Below, one piece after another: positions 48,752-57,508 of a DNA stretch of 64,000 nucleotides. The stretch's first letter is position 1. Every line of letters begins with the position of its first letter. The notes under the pieces were generated by a model. That model searched no databases. It was not told where the DNA came from and saw nothing but the letters and a program-made list of their open reading frames with translations. The position numbers and the translations under genes were made by a program. Source of the DNA: an uncultured Candidatus Saccharibacteria bacterium (GTDB lineage Bacteria > Patescibacteriota > Minisyncoccia > Phycocordibacterales > UBA5272); the NCBI GenBank assembly GCA_964457775.1, contig CAYWEW010000003.1:30776-94775 (forward strand), in the 5' to 3' direction.

Positions 48752-49426
48752 ATGATTGATAAAGGGGTTCAAAAGGCGAGTGTATTTATTCAGCAAATGA
48801 ATGCCTTATTTGGTAGAACCAGAATTGGTGGCATAGTTAACGAATATGTAGATTTTTTTGACTTACTGCTTTCAAAAAGTAGTCATGATGTTAACAAACT
48901 TCTTCGACAATATTTGGTCAGAACATTGGCATCAAGTAGGTACATTAGAAGTATTAATTCTGGTGAACTATATGTTGTTTTTTATGATGGGGGAAGTTAT
49001 TGTTTGCGTGGGGACGAACTTCTTAATCCTGATATAAAAATACCATCATATAGCGAAATATTCTCAGAGCATATATGGTATCAAAAAACGGGATATAGAC
49101 CAAAAATTGCAGAGGGTTACAAAACAGTTGATGACCTCATAGAGGCGAGAATTACATCTGCTTTGAAGATGATTAATTTTCTAAGAGATACTCTGGAAAG
49201 TGGGGTATCACCATGGGACTATGTTCATCTCTCTACTGATGGGCAAAAAATAAAGGAGGAATTAATTTGTCTTGTGGGGGGAATGATTAATCAAACAGAG
49301 GCAGATATTAAAATAATTGAAGAAAATGAAGGTCCAGCTTTTTTGCTTGATGATTACAGAAAAGACTTAAGAAGAAACAAAATAATCAGTAGATGTTTAA
49401 CTAAAACGGTTATTCCAAAAAATTGA
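48752..49426 (+). CDS. Hypothetical protein
   Basis: 224 aa; TTGACC promoter, boxA-like motif and G-rich SD upstream. Confidence 0.6.
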   Translation: MIDKGVQKASVFIQQMNALFGRTRIGGIVNEYVDFFDLLLSKSSHDVNKLLRQYLVRTLASSRYIRSINSGELYVVFYDGGSYCLRGDELLNPDIKIPSYSEIFSEHIWYQKTGYRPKIAEGYKTVDDLIEARITSALKMINFLRDTLESGVSPWDYVHLSTDGQKIKEELICLVGGMINQTEADIKIIEENEGPAFLLDDYRKDLRRNKIISRCLTKTVIPKN

Positions 49427-49524
49427 ACCCAACGACATGGTTCACAAATTAAAGCCCTAGAATATCTTCGGGCTTTTCTTTTTTCTGCTAGTTGATACAC
49501 TTATAGAAAATAAAATTAAAATTT

Positions 49525-50961
49525 ATGCTTGTACAATACGCAGTTATTGCATACGTGCTCATAATGTTACCAATTGGAATTTACGCTAGTCGAAAAGTTA
49601 AAAATACAGGAGACTATGTTTTGGCCGGTCGGTCACTTCCGTTTTATATGGCTCTCGCTACAGTGTTCGCGACATGGTTCGGTAGTGAGTCTATTTTGGG
49701 TGCTAGTACAAAGTTCGCAGAAGGTGGATTCAGTAATGTAATTGAAGATCCATTTGGTGCAGCACTTTGTTTAATTATTGCTGGACTTTTTTTCAATAGA
49801 AAGTTGTATGAATTAAATTTTTTGACAATCGGGGATTATTTTAAAAGTCGTTATAACACAATTATTGCAGTATTCCTGTCAGTAGCAATTATTGTTAGTT
49901 ACTTCGGTTGGGTGGCTGCACAGTTTCTTGCATTAGGGCTAGTTCTTTCATTAGTTATTCCAGCCCTTTCCTTAAAATGGGCGATTTTACTTGCAGCTGC
50001 AATTGTAACTCTATATACATTCTTTGGAGGAATGCGCTCTGTTGCGTTATTGGATACTATACAGTCGGTAGTTATTATTATTGGTCTTGGGGCTATTTTT
50101 GCGTATGCACTTTCAAAAATAGGGGGAATTGATATGCTTATTAGTCAAACACCTAAAGAGTATTGGAAGGTTACACCGAGTTTGTCCGGCTCATTAACTG
50201 AGTGGATAATATTCGTAACAGCTCTTATGACTATTGGTCTAGGTTCTATACCTCAACAAGATGTTTATCAACGTGCCATGAGTGCTAAGTCTGCAACAGT
50301 GTCCGTCTGGGCATCGGTTGTAGGCGGTCTTCTCTACTTTAGTATTGTACTTATTCCACTTTTTATTGCTGGCATTGCTCGTATTTTGTATCCTGATGTT
50401 CTTGCAAATGACCCACAAAATCTAGTATTAACACTTGTGCAAGATCACACCCCGGTAGTGATACAAATTTTGTTTTTTGGAGCACTTGTTTCTGCTATTA
50501 TATCAACCGCATCTGGTGCTTTACTTGCGCCAGGAACACTGCTAGCTGAAAATGTTATCAAGCCATTTTTTACGGATATTTCTGATAAATTGAGATTGCA
50601 TATTATTCGTACCGCTGTTGTTCTCGTATCTTTTGGTGGAATATTTTTAGCACTTAAAGATGATGCCCGTATTTATGATTTGGTTTCTAGTGCGTATTCC
50701 GTCACACTTGTTGCAGGGTTTATACCGCTTGTAGTAGGTCTATATAGTAAGAAAGCTAATTCATTTGGAGCTCTCCTTTCTATTGTTCTTGGAGTATGTA
50801 CATGGCAGTATTGGAATCTTTATGTAACAACATCAGAAATACCTGGTACATTCGTTGGATTTATTGCTTCTATTGTTGGAATGATTTTGGGAACAGTTAT
50901 TGGAACATTTATTTTGGAAGAGGAAAAGATTATGCCTAAAAAAGAAGGAGAAATTTCTTAA
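49525..50961 (+). CDS. Sodium:solute symporter (SSS) family protein
   Basis: DYVLAGRSLP, ATWFGSE, YTFFGGMRSVA, PQQDVYQR; many TM helices. Confidence 0.9.
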   Translation: MLVQYAVIAYVLIMLPIGIYASRKVKNTGDYVLAGRSLPFYMALATVFATWFGSESILGASTKFAEGGFSNVIEDPFGAALCLIIAGLFFNRKLYELNFLTIGDYFKSRYNTIIAVFLSVAIIVSYFGWVAAQFLALGLVLSLVIPALSLKWAILLAAAIVTLYTFFGGMRSVALLDTIQSVVIIIGLGAIFAYALSKIGGIDMLISQTPKEYWKVTPSLSGSLTEWIIFVTALMTIGLGSIPQQDVYQRAMSAKSATVSVWASVVGGLLYFSIVLIPLFIAGIARILYPDVLANDPQNLVLTLVQDHTPVVIQILFFGALVSAIISTASGALLAPGTLLAENVIKPFFTDISDKLRLHIIRTAVVLVSFGGIFLALKDDARIYDLVSSAYSVTLVAGFIPLVVGLYSKKANSFGALLSIVLGVCTWQYWNLYVTTSEIPGTFVGFIASIVGMILGTVIGTFILEEEKIMPKKEGEIS

Positions 50962-51045
50962 TAATCGTAAAATTAAATATTGATATAAGTATTGTTTTGT
51001 GTTAGTTTTATTTAGGTTGTTACTTACATAGATAAGGAGAAACAA

Positions 51046-51552
51046 ATGGAAATACGCACATATGAAAATGTTCAAAAACTTCCAGGCGATTATACTTCTG
51101 AACTTTCTGAGGTTTTTATAACCAGTGAAAGTTTGATGGCAGAGGAACAGGATTCCGAATTACGCGATTTCTTGCTTGCTCTTTTGGAAATTAATTTGCG
51201 TCTAACTGCTCACGTTTTTCTTGATAGAAGACAAAGTTCACTTGGAGGAAGTAAGATTCGCATTGTGATTACTACTACTCCTACACTGAAAGGTATAATT
51301 TGGGGTATAGGTTATGATCCCTCACCTGAAGGTGGTCAATATGTTGAGTCAATACATGTGGATGTTGATATTTCAAAAGTAGGTGATGATTTTAAGGAAG
51401 AATATAAACTTCAGAAAAAAGATTTTGAAGGATGGAAAAAATTCTTCCTTAATATTTTTGAGATGATGCGTGAAGAGAGTAAATCTCGCATAAAAAGATC
51501 AGAAGAACTTCTGATATGCTTAACACCAATTCAAACTGAAACCACCCAGTAA
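51046..51552 (+). CDS. Hypothetical protein
   Basis: 168 aa, AAGGAG SD; terminator hairpin at 51539-51565. Confidence 0.6.
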   Translation: MEIRTYENVQKLPGDYTSELSEVFITSESLMAEEQDSELRDFLLALLEINLRLTAHVFLDRRQSSLGGSKIRIVITTTPTLKGIIWGIGYDPSPEGGQYVESIHVDVDISKVGDDFKEEYKLQKKDFEGWKKFFLNIFEMMREESKSRIKRSEELLICLTPIQTETTQ

Positions 51553-51599
51553 CACTGGGTGGTTTTCTTATTTTATACTTATTTGTTACACTGTATAAC

Positions 51600-52580
51600 A
51601 TGTCAAAGAAAATCTTAGTTTCTGGAATCAAACCAACAGGGAGACTTCATTTTGGGAATTACTTTGGTGCAATGAAGCAGAATATTGACCTATCAAATTC
51701 TGGAGAATATGAGAGTTATGTTTTTATTGCTGATTATCACGCTCTCACAACTGTCCGAAATGGTGATGAGTTGCGACAGCAGACTATAGAAGCCGTTGCT
51801 TCATACATTGCTTGTGGACTGGATGTTTCAAAAGTTGTTTTGTTCAAGCAGTCATCTGTTCCTCAAGTTACTGAACTAACTTGGATTTTTAATAACCTCG
51901 TAACTATACCGTACATGATGAGAGCTCATGCATTCAAGGATAGAGAGGCAAAAAACGAAGAAGTTAATTTAGGTCTTTTTGATTATCCAGTACTTATGGC
52001 TTCTGACATTTTAATTTACGGTGCTGATATTGTTCCAGTAGGGGCTGATCAAAAGCAACATGTAGAATATGCTCGTGATATCGCTGGATATTATAATCGT
52101 GCGTATAATGTTGAAGAATTTAAATTACCGAAAGATTTGATAATTGAAAATGTTGCCTCACTCCCTGGTGTAGATGGCCAAAAGATGAGTAAGGGGTATA
52201 ACAATCACATTGAACTATTTTGTTCTGATGAAGATTTAAAAAAACGAGTGATGAGTATTGTCACTGATAGTGCGAGTCCAGAAGACAAGAAGAATCCAGA
52301 TGAAAATAATATTTATAAAATTCATAAACTTTTCTTGAATGAAGAAGAGGATAAAAATTTGCGTGAAAAGTTTGAAAATGGTGGATATGGATACAAGCAA
52401 GCAAAGGATGATTTGCTTGTTACTATTATGAAGTGGAGAGAGGGAAAGAAAGAGAAGTACGATGAACTACTATCGGACACATCTTTTATACTTAATCTCT
52501 TAAAAGAAAATGGTGAATCTGCGAGAATTAAAGCAGAAGAAAAAATGATTATAGTTCGTAAGCAGATTGGATTGGAATAA
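51600..52580 (+). CDS. trpS: Tryptophanyl-tRNA synthetase
   Basis: SGIKPTGRLHFGNY, YPVLMASDIL, VPVGADQKQH, KMSKG. Confidence 0.97.
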   Translation: MSKKILVSGIKPTGRLHFGNYFGAMKQNIDLSNSGEYESYVFIADYHALTTVRNGDELRQQTIEAVASYIACGLDVSKVVLFKQSSVPQVTELTWIFNNLVTIPYMMRAHAFKDREAKNEEVNLGLFDYPVLMASDILIYGADIVPVGADQKQHVEYARDIAGYYNRAYNVEEFKLPKDLIIENVASLPGVDGQKMSKGYNNHIELFCSDEDLKKRVMSIVTDSASPEDKKNPDENNIYKIHKLFLNEEEDKNLREKFENGGYGYKQAKDDLLVTIMKWREGKKEKYDELLSDTSFILNLLKENGESARIKAEEKMIIVRKQIGLE

Positions 52581-52584
52581 TAAT

Positions 52585-52809
52585 ATGAACATGGAAAAGA
52601 TACCAGAACAAATACCGATGGATTTTGGAGATACATCAAGTAATCAACAAGCGAGTGCCACGGCTCTCTCTTGGAAAAATAATCCCAATATAAAACCAGA
52701 TGCATCACAGTTTCCTGATAGTGAAAATATAATTAATATTGAATTTAGAAACGGTGAATGGATGGTAATTTATAGACCAGATGATGCTGGTGAAATGTAT
52801 AAGCGATAA
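52585..52809 (+). CDS. Small hypothetical protein
   Basis: ~74-aa ORF directly after trpS. Confidence 0.5.
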   Translation: MNMEKIPEQIPMDFGDTSSNQQASATALSWKNNPNIKPDASQFPDSENIINIEFRNGEWMVIYRPDDAGEMYKR

Positions 52810-52895
52810 CCGCTGTCTATCCCAGGCCTTGCTTAGATAGATAAATTTATATTTTGATTTTTCACTAAAATTTGTTAGAATTTTTGCATCCAGTC

Positions 52896-53078
52896 ACTGA
52901 TGTTTAGTGTCTCTCCGTTAAGGATTCAGTCGTGGAAGGGCTGTTTAGATACCGGTTAAGGAATACATGCTCTGATGACAACAACTTCCATGAATTAGGA
53001 AAAGTGTTGTCTCGTGGTAAAATCCACAAAAGTCGCTCCACCGAGAAGTGTTGTACGGGTTCAAAGAGTTATATCAGT
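52896..53078 (+). ncRNA. ssrS: 6S RNA (SsrS)-like rod
   Basis: 183-nt nested hairpin: actgatgt/atatcagt closing stem, ggaagggct/agtcgctcc, apical gacaaca/tgttgtc. CACC…CGGGTTCAA (53039-53064) as in known 6S RNAs. Own promoter (ttgatt…tgttagaat) and terminator. Confidence 0.65.
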
Positions 53079-53117
53079 TTCGCGATTCGGAAAGATTCAC
53101 AACCTCGCGCCGAATAC

Positions 53118-53157
53118 ATCCCCGCAAACAAAACATCAGTTTGCGGGGATTTTTATT
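53118..53157 (+). terminator. Terminator after the 6S-like RNA
   Basis: atccccgcaaac-N9-gtttgcggggat followed by a T-run. Confidence 0.8.
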
Positions 53158-53195
53158 TCTTGCATGCTTATACATATGTGATAGTATAAATATAA

Positions 53196-53353
53196 GCATT
53201 GATGAAGCTGACAACTTCGGAGCAAAGGTTAAATTTAATAAATAAGAGTGGCTACAATAAGTAGCAAGGTATGGTGGCACCACGGTTCTCCGCAATCGTC
53301 CGTACACAAATATACACTAGTTGTATATTTTGTTTACGGACTATTTTATTTTT
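53196..53353 (+). promoter_or_regulatory. T-box riboswitch (Asp) with ultrashort stem I
   Basis: GAC specifier (53210-53212) in loop gaag-ctgacaa-cttc flanked by GA/K-turn-like pairs. Stem III gctac/gtagc. Antiterminator gtatgg-TGGCACC-acg…cgt-ccgtac. Competing terminator gtccgta…tacggac + U-tract. Confidence 0.85.
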
Positions 53354-54763
53354 ATGACAAGAACTTATATCAAAGACATTTCTCAAAATATTGGAAGTGA
53401 AGTAACAGTTAAAGGTTGGGTTGATGTTAGACGTGACCAAGGGAAAATGGTTTTCCTAGATTTACGTGATGTTACAGGCAAAGTACAAGCTGTAGTACTT
53501 CCTAACCATGTAGAGGCACTAGAAGTCGCACAAAAGGTCCGTCCAGAATGGGTGCTCGCAGTTACAGCACAGGTTAATAAGCGCCCAGAGAAGAATATAA
53601 AGGTAGGTGTTGTAGGGGGTGATGTGGAACTTGAAGTTTTGGCAATTGAAGTTTTGAATGAAGCTACTACACCCGCTTTTGATATTTCTACGGACGGATA
53701 TGAAGTTGGTGAGGAGGTACGTCTTGAATATAAGTATCTTGATCAACGTCGTGCTCGCATTTTACATAATATAAAAATGCGCCACAAGGTAGTGAAATAC
53801 ATTCGTGACTATTTCGATGCGAATAATTTCTTTGAAGTAGAAACACCATTACTCACTAATCCAACACCAGAAGGCTCACGTAGTTATTTGGTCCCATCAA
53901 GAGTACATACTGGTAGTTTCTATGCTCTTCCACAATCTCCACAACAGTATAAGCAGTTGTTAATGGCGGGAGGATTTGAAAGATATTTCCAAATAGCCAA
54001 GTGTATGCGAGATGAAGATACTCGTGGTGATAGACAACCAGAGTTCACTCAATTAGATATTGAAATGAGTTTCGTTACTCAAGAAGAAGTGATGAAAACA
54101 AATGAAGAATTGTTAATTAAATTAGTCACTGACTTATTCCCAGATAAAATAATTCAAACTATACCATTCCCAGTATTAACCTATAAGGAAGTAATGGAAA
54201 AGTATGGAACAGATAAGCCGGACCTAAGAGAAAACAAAGAAGACAAGAATCTTTTGGCTTTTTGTTGGGTAATTGATTTTCCAGCATTTGAAAAAACAGG
54301 AGAAGATAACGTGGACGGAACAGGTGAGTGGACTTTTACCCACAACCCATTTACAGGAGTAAAGAAAGAATTCACCGCTGATTTAATTGAAAAGAAAAAT
54401 ATTGGAAGTATTATTTCTACTCAATATGACGTTGCTATGAATGGATATGAATTAGGTGGTGGAGGTATACGTCTTCATAAAGCAGAGGAGCTTAGAAAAG
54501 TTTTTGAAATTATGGGGTATAGTGATGAAAGAATTGAAAGTAATTTCGGTCATATGTTAAAAGCTCTCGCATCAGGTACGCCACCACATGGAGGAATTGC
54601 ATGGGGATTAGACAGGCTACTAATGATACTTCTTAATGAACAAAATATTCGTGAAGTAATGGCATTTCCAAAGACAGGTGAAGGGCGAGATATACTCATG
54701 CAAGCACCAAGTCCTGCACCAGATAAGACACTTAGAGAATTAAAAATCTCAATTACAAAATAA
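53354..54763 (+). CDS. aspS: Aspartyl-tRNA synthetase (short form lacking the GAD insertion)
   Basis: FLDLRD, TPEGSRSYLVPSR, ALPQSPQQYKQLLM, DRQPEFTQLD, PPHGGIAWGLDR. Confidence 0.97.
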   Translation: MTRTYIKDISQNIGSEVTVKGWVDVRRDQGKMVFLDLRDVTGKVQAVVLPNHVEALEVAQKVRPEWVLAVTAQVNKRPEKNIKVGVVGGDVELEVLAIEVLNEATTPAFDISTDGYEVGEEVRLEYKYLDQRRARILHNIKMRHKVVKYIRDYFDANNFFEVETPLLTNPTPEGSRSYLVPSRVHTGSFYALPQSPQQYKQLLMAGGFERYFQIAKCMRDEDTRGDRQPEFTQLDIEMSFVTQEEVMKTNEELLIKLVTDLFPDKIIQTIPFPVLTYKEVMEKYGTDKPDLRENKEDKNLLAFCWVIDFPAFEKTGEDNVDGTGEWTFTHNPFTGVKKEFTADLIEKKNIGSIISTQYDVAMNGYELGGGGIRLHKAEELRKVFEIMGYSDERIESNFGHMLKALASGTPPHGGIAWGLDRLLMILLNEQNIREVMAFPKTGEGRDILMQAPSPAPDKTLRELKISITK

Positions 54764-54798
54764 GTATAATTAGGTCTGTTTCGTGCTAATATTAGTAT

Positions 54799-55941
54799 AT
54801 GAAAAAGTTTTTAATTATTACTTTTATTTTTCTATCCTTTACTGAAGGTATTTTTGCAGTCACAAAAACTACATTTGAAAAAGCAGTCTGGATTCCATAT
54901 TGGAGAAAAACAGAAGGAGCAAGCACCACACTTGCCAACCTCGATAAACTTACTCAAATTAGTCCTTTTGCTTATGAACTTCAAACCGATGGTTCAATTA
55001 AGAATGTTTTAAAAATAGAGGAGGAACCATGGACAACTTTAATTACCGAAGCAAAAAAGAAAAAAGTTAAAGTGTACCCAAGTATACTTTCGTATCCTCA
55101 TAATGAAAAAGAGAAGTATTTACAATATCTTTTATTTTCTCAGAAAAAGAAAAGACAAGCTCATGTAAAGGAAATAGTTGCTCTTGTTAAGAAAAATAAA
55201 TTTGATGGTATAGATATTGACTATGAAGCGAAGCTTGCTGAGTCGAGACCATACTTCTCTGCTTTTTTAACGGAACTATCTACTGCACTTCATAAAGAAA
55301 AGAAACAATTAATTTGTACTGTCGAGGCTCGTACACCACCAGATAGCAGATATGCAACTACTTCAAAAGAAATACTTGCAAGGGTTGAATATTCTAATGA
55401 CTATAAAGTAATTGGTAAGGTTTGTGACCAAGTGCGTATTATGGCTTATGACCAAGCAGGAGATGATGCACGTCTGACTATTCACAACACGAATCTTGGG
55501 AATGTTTATAAGCCTGTTGCTGATATTGAGTGGATAAAAAAAGTCGTAACACATGCTATGTGGGATATTCCTGCAAAGAAAATTATCTTAGGTGTTCCAA
55601 CATATGGATATAAATATGAAATTATTCCTTCAGTAGGGACTTCATCACAAAAGTATTCCAGAATTGGTTCTATGAATTGGAATTATGCTGATGAACTTGC
55701 AAGGAGCTTGAATATTTCACCAGTTCGCAATAATTCTGGAGAAATTAGTTTTACTTACTCTACTAGCACAGGAGTAAGTGGTGAACAATTAGGAGGAATG
55801 AAACAATACTTGGTTTGGTATTCTGACGCTATATCTATCGCTGACAAAATACGTATTGCAAAATTATACAAAATTGGAGGAGTTGTTGTTTTTAAGATTG
55901 ACGGTGGTAATGATCCGAAAATTTGGGAAGTGTTGAAATAG
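54799..55941 (+). CDS. Secreted glycoside hydrolase family 18 protein
   Basis: Signal peptide; FDGIDIDYE, IMAYD, KIILGVPTYGY. Confidence 0.88.
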   Translation: MKKFLIITFIFLSFTEGIFAVTKTTFEKAVWIPYWRKTEGASTTLANLDKLTQISPFAYELQTDGSIKNVLKIEEEPWTTLITEAKKKKVKVYPSILSYPHNEKEKYLQYLLFSQKKKRQAHVKEIVALVKKNKFDGIDIDYEAKLAESRPYFSAFLTELSTALHKEKKQLICTVEARTPPDSRYATTSKEILARVEYSNDYKVIGKVCDQVRIMAYDQAGDDARLTIHNTNLGNVYKPVADIEWIKKVVTHAMWDIPAKKIILGVPTYGYKYEIIPSVGTSSQKYSRIGSMNWNYADELARSLNISPVRNNSGEISFTYSTSTGVSGEQLGGMKQYLVWYSDAISIADKIRIAKLYKIGGVVVFKIDGGNDPKIWEVLK

Positions 55942-56060
55942 TAATAAATTACCCCACCTACTTTGTCGAACATAAGTTTTTATCGATCAATGTACTAAAT
56001 GTACATTTTCCTCTAAAAATTTTCATTCCCCTAGTATCTGTAATAATTTTGTCTATTCAA
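55933..56060. repeat. Palindromic element, degenerate copy 2 of 23583-23702
   Basis: Shares aaattac, ctactttgtcg and tcaatgtacta-atgtacattt in the same order and spacing. Confidence 0.7.
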
Positions 56061-56126
56061 ATATTTTAAAAAATCACTAATAATTATCAACTAGTAACCA
56101 GTAACTATTAACTATATACTAGTTGT

Positions 56127-56858
56127 ATGGAATTCACAGTAAAATTAGACCGATATGAGGGTCCATATACAAAACTTCTTGAATTGATTGAACAGAGGAA
56201 ACTTTCGATTACTGAAATATCACTAGTCTCTGTTGCTGATGATTATATTTCATATATAAAAACTCTTGAACAGAAAAACTTGGTGGATATTTCACAATTT
56301 ATTGTTGTTGCCTCTACTCTAATTTTGATGAAGGTAAAATCTTTGCTCCCGGGAATTGTATATACCGAAGAAGAAGAAAAACAGGTGCATGATTTGGAAA
56401 GAAAGTTGGAGCTTTATGCTATCTTAACAGATGCATGTCAAAAAGTAGCTTCATTCTATAACAAAGGACCTCTTCATTCTCGTGAATATGTTAAATACAA
56501 AGGTCAACCAGTTTTTGTGCCAGATAGTCGTGTTACAAAAGAAATGCTTCAATCTATCGCATCGCTTACGCTTATGTCTTTTGTTACACCAAAGCAACTA
56601 GTGAAAGTTGCTGTAGAACAAGCGTTGCGTATAGAAAATGTAATTGAGAGTCTTCTGGAGAGAGTGCGAACTATACCTCAGGTAACATTACAAAGTTTAG
56701 CTAATGGTGCAGGGACAATAGAAGAGCGCAAGAAAATACTTATTGTTAATTTTATTGCAATTTTGGAACTACTGCGCACTGGTTCAATTAATGTTGAACA
56801 ACATGCAGACGGGGGAGAAATTAGCATAGTCTCAAGTCTTAAAGTCAAAAGTCCTTAA
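56127..56858 (+). CDS. scpA: Segregation/condensation protein A
   Basis: YEGPxxxLLELI, ISLVSVADDYI, FIAILEL. Confidence 0.85.
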   Translation: MEFTVKLDRYEGPYTKLLELIEQRKLSITEISLVSVADDYISYIKTLEQKNLVDISQFIVVASTLILMKVKSLLPGIVYTEEEEKQVHDLERKLELYAILTDACQKVASFYNKGPLHSREYVKYKGQPVFVPDSRVTKEMLQSIASLTLMSFVTPKQLVKVAVEQALRIENVIESLLERVRTIPQVTLQSLANGAGTIEERKKILIVNFIAILELLRTGSINVEQHADGGEISIVSSLKVKSP

Positions 56859-56914
56859 AGTGAACACATTCGAATTTACTTTTAACTTTATGGACTTTAT
56901 AGACTTTTAACTTT
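56832..56914. repeat. Inverted array of short AAAGT/ACTTT repeats
   Basis: aagtcttaaagtcaaaagtccttaaagt…tacttttaactttatggactttatagacttttaacttt. Confidence 0.65.
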
Positions 56915-56991
56915 GTTATTCGCCTTACAATATTTTAATAAATTAAAAATGACTACTTATCAAAATTATTCGTGATACACTTATACATATT

Positions 56992-57498
56992 ATGCTTCAA
57001 AAAATAGTTACAGTACTTTTCTTATCAGGAGAACCATTACCTATTGCAACAGTTGCTAGTATTATTGGTGTAACTAATCTTGAAATAGAAAATAGTCTTG
57101 ATGAGCTAAATAAATCATTGAACAGTATCGGCCTGTCATTACTTAGCGCAACTGATGGTATTTCTATTGTTACACATTCCACACAAGCTCCACTTGTAGA
57201 GAAATTTTGGAAAGAAGAATTAAAAGGAGACTTGACTCCAGCAACACTGCAAGTATTAACACTAGTAGCTTATCTTGGCGTAAGTTCAAGAGAACAGATT
57301 TCCTATATAAGGGGTGTGCAATCTTCGCAGTCAATTAGAACTCTAACAACTAGAGGATTAATTTCAAGAATTGGTGAAGCTTGTACCTTAACGTCAGATG
57401 CGCTTAAGCAGCTTGGTGTTACAAAGGTTGAAGATCTACCGGACTATCAAAGGATACATACTGAATTAATTGAAAAACTTGAAGGATACAATCCATAG
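56992..57498 (+). CDS. scpB: Segregation/condensation protein B
   Basis: LFLSGEPL, LTPATLQVLTLVAY, ISYIRGV, LTTRGLI. Confidence 0.88.
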   Translation: MLQKIVTVLFLSGEPLPIATVASIIGVTNLEIENSLDELNKSLNSIGLSLLSATDGISIVTHSTQAPLVEKFWKEELKGDLTPATLQVLTLVAYLGVSSREQISYIRGVQSSQSIRTLTTRGLISRIGEACTLTSDALKQLGVTKVEDLPDYQRIHTELIEKLEGYNP

Positions 57499-57508
57499 TA
57501 GTTTTGTT

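Noticed and set aside
10880-51565. Integron cassette array (orphans with hairpins)
   Set aside because: The hairpins lack attC RYYYAAC/GTTRRRY ends, look like intrinsic terminators, are dispersed, and there is no intI.
52932-53307. 85-, 65- and 77-aa ORFs between trpS and aspS
   Set aside because: They cross a terminator and overlap the 6S-like RNA and T-box; no protein-like motifs.
56066-56083. Possible decayed aspS 3' end after the GH18 gene
   Set aside because: Only ttaaaaatc is shared in AT-rich DNA; not distinguishable from chance.
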